64,000 bases of DNA from a virus, in the UHGV virus genome UHGV-1421865; one strand, written 5' to 3'. This document shows, piece by piece, positions 36,907 through 45,663 of the stretch. The position numbers and the translations under genes were made by a program. Each line of letters starts with the position of its first letter. The stretch's first letter is position 1. Below the pieces are notes generated by a model. That model was given only the letters and a program-made list of their open reading frames with translations, did not search any database and was not told where the DNA came from.

Positions 36907-37343
36907 ATAATAGGTCTATTATTAGGTTCTAATTTATGTGCACCAAAGAACATTCCTGCTTTAGATCTTAATTTAGAAAGATTCCAGTTTGATAGATCAC
37001 AATTGAATTCACTACAGTTACGGAACATTTGGTGTGTATCTTCCAGATTCGATACGTCCCATCTTGAGATGTTACTATTGAAATGTCGACAATCGTGAAA
37101 CATATAGCGCATGTTTTTCACATTAGAGACATCCCAGTATTCGATTTTGATGTTTCTGATTTGAAGATTTTCAAATAAATAACACATGTCTGTCATCTCT
37201 GATGTGTCGATAAAGTTCAAATCAGCATCCGGACCTTGACGTTCAATTTCTTGTAATATAAGCGCCTTTAATGTATATCGTGATAATACTTTAACTTTGT
37301 ATAGTTTTGAAGATGACGTAATATGTAGTGCCATATAAATCAA
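36903..37343 (-). CDS. DUF285-repeat protein
   Basis: MIYMALHITSSSKLY...; C-terminal HKLEPNNRPII identical to next gene; 50-bp junction repeat. Confidence 0.6.
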   Translation of the reverse strand: MIYMALHITSSSKLYKVKVLSRYTLKALILQEIERQGPDADLNFIDTSEMTDMCYLFENLQIRNIKIEYWDVSNVKNMRYMFHDCRHFNSNISRWDVSNLEDTHQMFRNCSEFNCDLSNWNLSKLRSKAGMFFGAHKLEPNNRPII

Positions 37344-37780
37344 ATAATAGGTCTATTATTAGGTTCTAATTTATGTGCGTACAATAACATACCGTCTGAG
37401 TATTTTAGATTAGACAAGTTCCAACTCGATAGATCACAATTGAATTGTTTACAGCCGTAAAACATCTCTGTCATGTCTGTTACATTCGACACGTCCCAAT
37501 CACCTATACCGGCGCAATTTAAGTCGGTACAGTCATAAAACATGTGTGACATATTTTTGACATTTGAAACGTCCCACTCGTCGATTTTGATGTTTCCTAT
37601 TTCATAGCCTGTATTCTCAAACAAACCACACATATCGGTGACAAGTGATACGTCAATATGGTTCAAATAGGCATCCGGACCTTGTGTACGTAGTTCTTGT
37701 TCTATTATAGCCCGTAATTCCCCCCAAAGTATAGGTTTTATAACGAGATGTTTAGTCTTTGAAGTAATCTTGATTGCCAT
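37340..37780 (-). CDS. DUF285-repeat protein
   Basis: MAIKITSKTKHL... plus repeats; tandem duplicate of 36903..37343. Confidence 0.6.
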   Translation of the reverse strand: MAIKITSKTKHLVIKPILWGELRAIIEQELRTQGPDAYLNHIDVSLVTDMCGLFENTGYEIGNIKIDEWDVSNVKNMSHMFYDCTDLNCAGIGDWDVSNVTDMTEMFYGCKQFNCDLSSWNLSNLKYSDGMLLYAHKLEPNNRPII

Positions 37781-38325
37781 TATACTTTGAATTTTGGTCT
37801 AAACTTCTTCGGTAGCGCACTACATTTTTCAAAAATGTTATTTATGCGTTTTACTTTTGATACATTCCATCGTGATATGTCTGCATTAAATATCTTACAA
37901 CAATAAAACATATTACTCATCCAAATTACGTTCGAGACATCCCATTCTGAAATATGTGCATTAAATTGTTTACAGCAATAAAACATTGCGCTCATTTCTG
38001 CCACTTTTGATACATTCCAGTTTGACAGATCTGAATTGAACTGTGTACAGCCATAAAACATGTACGACATATTCGTTACGTTTGAAGTGTCCCAGTAGTC
38101 GATTTTGATGTTTCTAGGTTTAAGTTTATTAAATAACGAAGACATGTCTTCAATCAACGACGTGTCGATGAAATTTAGATCTGCATCGGGACCTTGCTGT
38201 TCTAACTCTTGTTCTATCAACAAATGTAACTCCTCTTTCGATGTAGGTCTCTGTATCGCAGATCTAGACTTTGATGTGATTCGTATACGCATAAATTTAG
38301 ATATTATACATAATAATACAATCAA
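37780..38325 (-). CDS. DUF285-repeat protein
   Basis: N-module ...ELHLLIEQELEQQGPDADLNFIDTSLIEDMSSLF plus about 6 repeats. Confidence 0.6.
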   Translation of the reverse strand: MIVLLCIISKFMRIRITSKSRSAIQRPTSKEELHLLIEQELEQQGPDADLNFIDTSLIEDMSSLFNKLKPRNIKIDYWDTSNVTNMSYMFYGCTQFNSDLSNWNVSKVAEMSAMFYCCKQFNAHISEWDVSNVIWMSNMFYCCKIFNADISRWNVSKVKRINNIFEKCSALPKKFRPKFKV

Positions 38326-38870
38326 ACCAACGACAGTAATCCGTTGACGATACCTTCATCTATTACCGAATTTACACATTTAGATAATACATCAATAGTA
38401 GCTCTGTATATCTTGTTCCTTTTCGGTGTAAATCCAGCATGCTTAGGTTTGTTCTTATTATCAAATGAACTACAAATAGCGAACATAAACCGTACATCGG
38501 TGACCTTACTCATGTTCCAACTGCGTAGGTTACAGTTGAAGTTATGACAATTCATAAACATCCCGTACATATTCCGCACGTTGTGGACGTCCCAATTAGA
38601 TAAGTCACAGTTGAAACTAGGACAGTTATAAAACATGTTCGACATATCCCTCACATTAGAAACGTCCCAGTAGTCGATTTTGATATTTCTAATGTAAAAG
38701 TGATGAAATAAAAAAGTCATGTCTTCAATATCGGACACGTCGATAAAGTTCAAATCGGCATCTGGACCTTGACGTTCTAATTCCTGACGTATCAGTTCTT
38801 GTAGCTCTTCTTTCGTAGTCGGCTTGGGTATTTTTAAGACTCTAGAACTAGATGTGATATGTAGTGCCAT
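38322..38870 (-). CDS. DUF285-repeat protein with distinct C-terminal tail
   Basis: MALHITSSSRVL...; C-terminal about 45 aa (DNKNKPKHAGF...LLSLV) shared with 39510..40052. Confidence 0.6.
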   Translation of the reverse strand: MALHITSSSRVLKIPKPTTKEELQELIRQELERQGPDADLNFIDVSDIEDMTFLFHHFYIRNIKIDYWDVSNVRDMSNMFYNCPSFNCDLSNWDVHNVRNMYGMFMNCHNFNCNLRSWNMSKVTDVRFMFAICSSFDNKNKPKHAGFTPKRNKIYRATIDVLSKCVNSVIDEGIVNGLLSLV

Positions 38871-38883
38871 AGTTGTATTTTTT

Positions 38884-39489
38884 TTATAACATAAACATAA
38901 ACAGTTGTGGTTTATGATCTGGTTCTATACCACAATTAAGAAATGTACCTGTACAATTTGCACTGTTACATGTAATAAACCAGCTGGAAAGGTCGCCGTT
39001 GAAAATTGTACAACCTTCAAATGTATTATTTAGGGATCTGACATTGGACACTTGTGGTCCCCATTCAGACAAACTACAGTTTAATTTGAAACACTCGTAA
39101 AATGTATTATCTAAGTTCTGTACGTTTGATACATTCCAAAAGTCAAGACCAATACCTTCGAAGTTGTGGCAACCGGAAAACATAGAATCCATCTTTGTGA
39201 CATTGGATACGTCCCACTTAGAAAGATCACAATTCAGTCCAGAACATCCCAAAAACATACCCTCCATATCGGTCACATTGCTGACGTCCCATTCATCGAT
39301 TTTGATATTTCGAATGTAAAATTGGTGAAACAAATACGTCATGTTGGTGATCAAAGATGTGTCTATGAAATTAAGATCAGCATCCGTACCTTGACGTTCT
39401 AGTTCATGAAATATCAACGTAATTAGTTCACGTTTGGTTTCAGGTCTTATTTTGAGTGCTCTTGTCTTAGATGTTATGTGAATTGCCAT
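38884..39489 (-). CDS. DUF285-repeat protein
   Basis: MAIHITSKTRAL... plus about 7 repeats. Confidence 0.6.
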   Translation of the reverse strand: MAIHITSKTRALKIRPETKRELITLIFHELERQGTDADLNFIDTSLITNMTYLFHQFYIRNIKIDEWDVSNVTDMEGMFLGCSGLNCDLSKWDVSNVTKMDSMFSGCHNFEGIGLDFWNVSNVQNLDNTFYECFKLNCSLSEWGPQVSNVRSLNNTFEGCTIFNGDLSSWFITCNSANCTGTFLNCGIEPDHKPQLFMFML

Positions 39490-39509
39490 AATAATAACAA
39501 TTATAAGAA

Positions 39510-40052
39510 TTACATTAGTCCTAGTATTTTACTAGCAATAGCGTTATCAATAGATTTATTGATAGTTGTAGTCATTTCATCGACTATTTCTTTATCTATA
39601 CTTCCGAGTAACTTTATACCTGGATGATTCGGCTTGTTATTTTCGTCAAAAGATTTACACATCGATAACATAAAGTTTACATTCCTTACACTTGACATGT
39701 CCCAACGTGATAAATCACAATTGAATTCATAACAATTCATAAACATAGCTTGCATGTTTGTCACTTTCGATACATCCCAATATGATAAATCACAGTTGAA
39801 TTTGGTGGCACCGCTAAACATCCCTTCCATTGTTGTCACGTTTGAAGTGTCCCAACTCTCTATCCCGATGTTCCTTATATCGAAATAATAGAATAACCAA
39901 GACATATCGGTAATCAACGACGTATCGATAAAGTTCAAGTCAGCATCCGGACCTTGCTTATATAGTTCTTTATCTATAAGTTGCCTAAGTTCTTTTCTGG
40001 TGGTAGGTCTAAATACCGCCAATTTAGAATCTGATGTGATGTGTATTGCCAT
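39510..40052 (-). CDS. DUF285-repeat protein with C-terminal tail like 38322..38870
   Basis: MAIHITSDSKLAV...; tail DENNKPNHPGIKLL...ILGLM. Confidence 0.6.
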   Translation of the reverse strand: MAIHITSDSKLAVFRPTTRKELRQLIDKELYKQGPDADLNFIDTSLITDMSWLFYYFDIRNIGIESWDTSNVTTMEGMFSGATKFNCDLSYWDVSKVTNMQAMFMNCYEFNCDLSRWDMSSVRNVNFMLSMCKSFDENNKPNHPGIKLLGSIDKEIVDEMTTTINKSIDNAIASKILGLM

Positions 40053-40055
40053 AGA

Positions 40056-40835
40056 TCAATAAACTGTGTAAGACCAACCACCACGATCCCCGAAACGTCG
40101 GTACATATCGAGTAGGACAAATTTAGTGTTGTTATACATTGTCGTTTGTGAACCGTGATAGTGACCGTAGTACCATTCTTTTATAGTATATTTTCTAATC
40201 AGTTTGTCGTGCAGCTTGTTTAGACCTTCACGTTCTGCCTTTATATCGTCTTCCAATCTGTCGTCTTGTTCGTACCACTCTTTTAGGTTTATATCACTGT
40301 AAGGGTACACATAATACGGGCTTGAATGTGTGACGACAGTGTCTATATCGAAGTCGGATTTCAGAATCTCGTCTAATACTTCTGGTTTATATACAAAAGC
40401 CTCACCAGGCCAGTAGGTTTTATATACACTATCTTTATCACAACCTATACGCATCTTCCTGTCAATAGACACAGCCCCACCGACAAACAGAAACGTTCTA
40501 TTTTGTGTTTTAATAACAGTATAGTCCGGTACAAACAGTATGTGACCGAAATCGTATGTTAGACGAAACCAAGAAGGATCGTCGTGGTTACCTCGGATAG
40601 CGACAACAGTGCAATCTCGTTCTTCAAGTGTTTTATTAAGGTTGTTTATTCGGATCATCGTGTTTTGAAAGTCACCGAATCCTACACCGAAATCCCCTAC
40701 TTGAACAAGTAGCGTATTTGTTATATCGTTATCTTGAACAAACTTAGAGATAGCTTCGAATTCACCGTGGATGTCACCCAACATTATCACGCTATCGTAG
40801 TCCAGTTTAATTTTGCTTAGTATTTTATAGTCCAT
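40056..40835 (-). CDS. calcineurin-like metallophosphoesterase
   Basis: GDIHG, GDFGVG, RGNHD motifs. Confidence 0.7.
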   Translation of the reverse strand: MDYKILSKIKLDYDSVIMLGDIHGEFEAISKFVQDNDITNTLLVQVGDFGVGFGDFQNTMIRINNLNKTLEERDCTVVAIRGNHDDPSWFRLTYDFGHILFVPDYTVIKTQNRTFLFVGGAVSIDRKMRIGCDKDSVYKTYWPGEAFVYKPEVLDEILKSDFDIDTVVTHSSPYYVYPYSDINLKEWYEQDDRLEDDIKAEREGLNKLHDKLIRKYTIKEWYYGHYHGSQTTMYNNTKFVLLDMYRRFGDRGGWSYTVY

Positions 40836-41071
40836 TATTCATTATTAAAATTAGCAAATTGCTCGTTCATTTTATCAAACAGGTCAATGTATTGATCATG
40901 GTACTTTTCTCGACGCTCTTGTGACATATTAAGAATACCTGTTTGAATAATACCATCTAATAAGCGCCATTCTTGTCTAGTTAATGTAAGAGAATAATTT
41001 TGTGATGACGGTACGCTCCTTTTACATATACGTCTTACTCGTTTAATTATATCTTTAATGAAGTCTAACAT
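40835..41071 (-). CDS. hypothetical small protein (paralog of 3418..3696)
   Basis: SLTLTRQEWRLLDGIIQTG motif shared. Confidence 0.4.
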   Translation of the reverse strand: MLDFIKDIIKRVRRICKRSVPSSQNYSLTLTRQEWRLLDGIIQTGILNMSQERREKYHDQYIDLFDKMNEQFANFNNE

Positions 41072-41074
41072 ATT

Positions 41075-41506
41075 CTAATTTATGTTTTGATGTATCTTAA
41101 ATAGAATTTTTACATTATTGTTTTCTACAATCTCCAACACAGACCAGTAGGTATCGTACTCGTACACAGTAACGACGACCTTGTCTCCGGTATATGTATT
41201 TAGACCTTTCATGATAAGTTTTTTGAGCCGCTTGCCGTCCCGCTTATAATATGTTTTCTTATAAGACTCAAATGTATAAAAGTATTGGTCTCCTTCGTTG
41301 TCTTCCATCGCCATTCTGGGATAGTCGAGTTCCATATACAGCTTAATCTGTGACTCTCTGTACTCGGACCAACGTTCACCTTCATTGTTCGATACGTAAA
41401 CAGTTCCACATTTATAAGTGCGTATAGGGCCGGCACCCACACTACTTGCATTGAATAACAAAGCCATTAATACTGTGATTATTCCATATTTGAGATAGAT
41501 ACCCAT
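41075..41506 (-). CDS. secreted hypothetical protein
   Basis: N-terminal signal peptide MGIYLKYGIITVLMALLFNASSVGA. Confidence 0.45.
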   Translation of the reverse strand: MGIYLKYGIITVLMALLFNASSVGAGPIRTYKCGTVYVSNNEGERWSEYRESQIKLYMELDYPRMAMEDNEGDQYFYTFESYKKTYYKRDGKRLKKLIMKGLNTYTGDKVVVTVYEYDTYWSVLEIVENNNVKILFKIHQNIN

Positions 41507-41867
41507 GTTGATTAAATAGTTGATTTGTGTATTATATAGTCTATTTTATGCTGAGAATCAGTGCATGTGACGTCCAGATTATTAACTATATTTTTGATAC
41601 AGATATGGACATCAAAAACGCACCGAAAAGTAAAATGTCGTTATATAAAGAAAAATATGAATACAACGGTAGTAACAAGTACGACTATGCCGCGAACGGG
41701 GTACTCACCAAAACACTTCCGAAGATACTATTTAAGGGCAATTCCTTGTTCGTTACATTCTTACAACTCATTGACCTTCGTATTATCAACCTACTAAAAT
41801 ACATCGACGAACTTAAAAACTTCAAGTCTGTTTGATACTATTTTGCTCGCATTTTGGTCTGATTTGC

Positions 41868-42020
41868 GCGGTTTCTGTTTTGTGTACTGGTATGCAAATA
41901 CCCAACGTCCACGTAAAGGCACTTTTTAGGCTCTCTGGCGCACTCAAATTAGTTGGGCTTAGTATGTGTAAGGTCCAACAAAAATCGTGCGTTACAGGGC
42001 AAATTTTCTTAGGTTTGGAC
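41868..42020 (+). repeat. conserved about 150-nt intergenic element, copy G
   Basis: Stem GCTCTCTGGCGCAC/GTGCGTTACAGGGC with G-T positions; inner hairpin TTGGgCTTA...TAAGgtCCAA. Confidence 0.6.
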
Positions 42021-42029
42021 TTTAGAAAA

Positions 42030-42075
42030 TAAACAAGACGATCTTATTCACTTAGGATCGTCTTGTTTATTGTGT
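42030..42075. terminator. hairpin AAACAAGACGATC...GATCGTCTTGTTT
   Basis: 13-bp stem sharing the AAGACGATC core with terminators at 33921 and 34449. Confidence 0.55.
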
Positions 42076-42079
42076 GTTA

Positions 42080-42709
42080 TTATTTCGAAGTGCCATAGAA
42101 ATATAGCACTTCGTCTTCTTTTTGGTCTTGAAGGTACTTATAATATCTCATTGTAATGAATACTCTATCGTCGTGACGTGTAACCTCACAAATCCGAACA
42201 ACACCGTCATCGGAGCGAACAAGATAAAGATCTTTGTTTGTAGTCACGTCAAACGACTTGCCCAGGATAAGCAACGTTTCCTTACCTCGTTTTAGGATGT
42301 ACTCGTCTTCTACGGTGTACACACCAGCGTATATCGTAGTGTACTTTGTTTTCTGGTGGACGATACTATTATATAAGCGTTTTATAAATTGCGTCAAAGT
42401 ATCAAACACATTCATATTATATTGTTTTTTATTTGTACATTGGCTGACTACGAAAGCGCGACACGGAATTCCCACATCATAGAATGTAACGTAGTCTTCG
42501 TTGTCGAAAATTCTAGTAACACCGCGTAGTTCTAAGATACCGTCTTCTAACTGATAATAAAACGAACTGATTTCATACCAACCGCTATCGCTATTAGTTA
42601 TAGTTGTCAATGTTGGTGTTCCTAACTTTAACAGAGCTGCCGCTTCATGTATGCTATAACAAGGTCTCTCTTTGTTATTGATGAGTTCAATTGCTTCTTT
42701 CACTTTCAT
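42080..42709 (-). CDS. hypothetical protein (paralog of 7260..7622)
   Basis: YQLEDGILELRGV motif shared. Confidence 0.45.
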   Translation of the reverse strand: MKVKEAIELINNKERPCYSIHEAAALLKLGTPTLTTITNSDSGWYEISSFYYQLEDGILELRGVTRIFDNEDYVTFYDVGIPCRAFVVSQCTNKKQYNMNVFDTLTQFIKRLYNSIVHQKTKYTTIYAGVYTVEDEYILKRGKETLLILGKSFDVTTNKDLYLVRSDDGVVRICEVTRHDDRVFITMRYYKYLQDQKEDEVLYFYGTSK

Positions 42710-42974
42710 AGTCCAACCAAATCCATTTATTCAAGATACAATGATATGCGAACGCTAAACCGGAGTTTGCCACTAAGTAATTCACTTGCTCGTCCGTAAC
42801 GTCGGTAATATAACATACAGGATTAAAATCCCACCAGTCAATTGTTTTAGGTAAACCAACGGCACTTTCGTCAATAAAATACTCATCAAGTTCTAAAAGA
42901 ACACGTAAGTCAATTTGTACTTTTTGAAACTGTTGCATCGTTATAGTTTTTGAATTACAGAAAGGACTTTCCAA
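42687..42974 (-). CDS. hypothetical protein
   Basis: 95 aa ORF in a co-oriented operon. Confidence 0.35.
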   Translation of the reverse strand: MESPFCNSKTITMQQFQKVQIDLRVLLELDEYFIDESAVGLPKTIDWWDFNPVCYITDVTDEQVNYLVANSGLAFAYHCILNKWIWLDYESERSN

Positions 42975-43273
42975 TAGTCGAATACAGAAAACAGTTCGGC
43001 CATTTCTTTCATTGCTTCGTCTGATGTTATAGCCAATATATGTAGGTTAGTAATATGCTCGGTGTCCAACCCGTGTGCAGAAATAAAATTCAGTACGTCA
43101 TCAACACTTGAAATTCTGTATTTTACCAAATCAGAAGGTGTAATGTCTAAGGTGTATTCATCCTTGTCCGTAGAGAATTGACATTCTAGTGCCAATTTAT
43201 CGTCGTATTTGTCATATCTAGACACATAGTAGTTGTGTTTATGATAGAACGTCATGTTAATTTGTTGCGACAT
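42941..43273 (-). CDS. hypothetical protein
   Basis: 110 aa ORF. Confidence 0.35.
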   Translation of the reverse strand: MSQQINMTFYHKHNYYVSRYDKYDDKLALECQFSTDKDEYTLDITPSDLVKYRISSVDDVLNFISAHGLDTEHITNLHILAITSDEAMKEMAELFSVFDYWKVLSVIQKL

Positions 43274-43467
43274 AAATACTGTTTTACACTGTTCAAATCA
43301 AAACTGGCGTGATGAATGGCGCGCCATGCCCCGTAGAGGTACGTTTGTTCATATTGCCCAAGCGAATTTACGATGTTAGGCTCTAATATCTGTCTTAGTC
43401 GCTCATCAGCTTTGTTTATAATTTTACTTAATTCGACTATTTCGTTGTAAAATTCTTTTGTATTCAT
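43252..43467 (-). CDS. hypothetical protein
   Basis: 71 aa ORF. Confidence 0.3.
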   Translation of the reverse strand: MNTKEFYNEIVELSKIINKADERLRQILEPNIVNSLGQYEQTYLYGAWRAIHHASFDLNSVKQYLCRNKLT

Positions 43468-43522
43468 GTGCGTTTAAGTTCAATGAATAAATATATAAGT
43501 CCTCCAACAAATACGATACCGA

Positions 43523-43855
43523 TTACATAAGCAATACAACCGGAAGGACATAGTTGTTATCGTTGGCAACTCTCTGCCTCGTATGCAACGGAATGCTTAC
43601 ACCACCACCGTAAGTCTGGTAAGTCGAGAAACTGACCGGCATGTTATAAGGCATATAATCAGGATAATATGGCTTGATGTTCATATACAAGTCATCATCA
43701 CCCATTATTTCGTCACAGTCATTTTGAGTCATTTCTATACCAGCTACAATACCGGTACAGTTTTCTTCGGTAAGATTCCAACCATAAAGTGCGCACAGTC
43801 CAGAAACAACAATTGCTACAACAACGATGGTTTTGAGATTCATCAACTTAGTCAT
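43523..43855 (-). CDS. putative lipoprotein
   Basis: Signal peptide with VSGLC lipobox-like cysteine. Confidence 0.4.
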   Translation of the reverse strand: MTKLMNLKTIVVVAIVVSGLCALYGWNLTEENCTGIVAGIEMTQNDCDEIMGDDDLYMNIKPYYPDYMPYNMPVSFSTYQTYGGGVSIPLHTRQRVANDNNYVLPVVLLM

Positions 43856-43872
43856 GATTTATTACCTTTTAA

Positions 43873-44058
43873 TTACAATACGAAATTCAAAAGTCCGAAA
43901 CCGACGACCATCAAGATAATACCACCGATCATACCTACAACAGAAAGACCGTGCACAAACTGGTCCTTCTTACTGAGAAACGGTACAGGACGAATGGAGC
44001 TGAGTGACAGAACTGCCAACAAGGCAATTGCAAACAACGGGAAAATCATAATCATCAT
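43873..44058 (-). CDS. small two-TM membrane protein (family member 1)
   Basis: 61 aa; two hydrophobic helices; upstream mini-ORF ATGTTTCACCGCTCG... Confidence 0.45.
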   Translation of the reverse strand: MMIMIFPLFAIALLAVLSLSSIRPVPFLSKKDQFVHGLSVVGMIGGIILMVVGFGLLNFVL

Positions 44059-44144
44059 GATAAAATAGAATTTGTGCTCTTGTACGAGCGGTGAAACATA
44101 GTTGATTCAATGCAGATATAAAGCGTTACTATGAATTGTCATGT

Positions 44145-44315
44145 TCAGAAAATTACATATACAAAACAGAAACCTACACCCACAGTACCGAGGATAATGC
44201 CAAGACCGGAGAGGACGTACAGGAACACTTCTTCATTTTTGAGGAATTCCGACATACGAACAAAACCAAGTACCAGAGATACCAACAAACCGATTACAAA
44301 CAGAATGAGTGTCAT
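44145..44315 (-). CDS. small two-TM membrane protein (family member 2; 56 aa, manually found)
   Basis: MTLILFVIGLLVSLVLGFVRMSEFLKNEEVFLYVLSGLGIILGTVGVGFCFVYVIF; preceded by conserved cassette. Confidence 0.4.
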   Translation of the reverse strand: MTLILFVIGLLVSLVLGFVRMSEFLKNEEVFLYVLSGLGIILGTVGVGFCFVYVIF

Positions 44316-44520
44316 GATAGAATGTATTTTGTGCTCTTTTTAAGAGCGGTGAAACATTGTCTTTTTGATTACAATACAAAGATAGCAATTTATTTTGAAC
44401 TGTAAAACATTAAGGCAGTTTTTATTTCACCTTTAACGTCTTTTGACGTTTGACTCAATCAGTGTATCGACTGTACTACCGTAGATGGTTCAAGACACAG
44501 TAAATAAATTACTATCGTCT
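44316..44520 (-). repeat. conserved upstream cassette (copy 1) of small membrane-protein genes
   Basis: ACGTC..GACGT hairpin, then GTTCAAAATAAATTGCTATCTTTGTATTGTAATC, then ATGTTTCACCGCTCTTAA. Confidence 0.55.
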
Positions 44521-44649
44521 TCATCTTCGTTACGAGACTTAAAATAGTCCCAACTCGAAACATCAATATCGTCTGTTAATGGTTTATAATGACCCAGTTC
44601 TTGACATTTTATTTCAATCTGAATGTCTTTGAATGTTACCATAATAGAG

Positions 44650-44841
44650 TTATTTTGACAATAACAAAACTACGAGACAAGTGAAGATGATAAGAGGACC
44701 GGCAATTATACCGACACGAGACAGAACGTCCATCCAAAAGTCTTTCTTTAGAAGTGTTTCTTTGGGCAGAACAGAAATCGAAATCAAAAAGAGACCGACG
44801 AAAAATCCAAAGAACACGGACATAATCATAACCATAAGCAT
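44650..44841 (-). CDS. small two-TM membrane protein (family member 3; start at MLMVMIM)
   Basis: 63 aa; upstream CTCTATTATATC-ATG context like other members. Confidence 0.4.
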   Translation of the reverse strand: MLMVMIMSVFFGFFVGLFLISISVLPKETLLKKDFWMDVLSRVGIIAGPLIIFTCLVVLLLSK

Positions 44842-44854
44842 GATATAATAGAGT

Positions 44855-45040
44855 TTACGTGTTAAACACAAAAATAAGGAGATAGAAGAGGATAGCGCAG
44901 AGCGTCCCAAAACCACCCAACATAAAAATTTCAGTCTTGCTGAACATGTTGTTTCCATATTTGATGTTACCATGAATCCAAATGATGCAAGGGGTAAAAC
45001 CAAGAATAACGGCACTGATAAACAAAACAATTTGGTCCAT
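44855..45040 (-). CDS. small two-TM membrane protein (family member 4)
   Basis: 61 aa; preceded by cassette GTTCAAAATAAATTGCTATCTTTATATTGTAATC. Confidence 0.45.
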   Translation of the reverse strand: MDQIVLFISAVILGFTPCIIWIHGNIKYGNNMFSKTEIFMLGGFGTLCAILFYLLIFVFNT

Positions 45041-45171
45041 AATAGAATAACGTCTTTTTGATTACAATATAAAGATAGCAATTTGTTTTTTACACAGAAA
45101 AATTATGTAACTGTTTTAACGTCAGTTCACTGACGTAGTCAGTTTAATGTCAATTAACTAACGTAGATGGT
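45041..45171 (-). repeat. conserved upstream cassette (copy 2, partial)
   Basis: TTAACGTCAGTtcaCTGACGT hairpin plus GTTCAAAATAAATTGCTATCTTTATATTGTAATC. Confidence 0.5.
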
Positions 45172-45387
45172 TCAATTGCAGTTACAAAGTTCAGCACCAT
45201 AAAAAATAACCACAAATCCGACAATCGTAAAACAAAGTCCCAAAATAGTAACAAAACCAATCCAGAAGTTGCTGAAGACCTTACCACCATTTACCTTGTC
45301 CACATTATCGGAAAGCATAAGAGGAAGCGGTGAAAATGAAATCATAAGCCACATGATAAACAAAACAACCTTAAGAAGCATTGTCAT
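45172..45387 (-). CDS. small two-TM membrane protein (family member 5)
   Basis: 71 aa; two hydrophobic segments. Confidence 0.45.
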   Translation of the reverse strand: MTMLLKVVLFIMWLMISFSPLPLMLSDNVDKVNGGKVFSNFWIGFVTILGLCFTIVGFVVIFYGAELCNCN

Positions 45388-45600
45388 AATAGAATAGAGT
45401 TATGCTCTTGTAAGAGCGGTGAAACATTATCTTTTTTGATTACAATATAAAGATAGCAATTTATTTTGAACAAATCACCTGTTATATAGACTTTAACGCT
45501 AGTTAGACTACCGTGAGGTATCTTAACACCAGTAAATCAACTATGTCGATTCATTGACATTAAACCAGTGTAGTTGGTTCAACGTCACTCGACTCTGTCT
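45388..45600 (-). repeat. conserved upstream cassette (copy 3)
   Basis: ATGTTTCACCGCTCTTACAAGAGC (GCTCTTgtaAGAGC hairpin) plus GTTCAAAATAAATTGCTATCTTTATATTGTAATC. Confidence 0.55.
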
Positions 45601-45663
45601 GACGACTACATAATAAAAATAAGACACCTCAAATTGAAGCATCTTATTTTTGTAGACTGATAG

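Noticed and set aside
41527-41835. Plus-strand ORFs 41527..41835 and 41561..41797 between a minus-strand gene start and element G
   Set aside because: The region is AT-rich and upstream of a minus-strand operon with no start context. It is more likely a 5' leader or promoter region.
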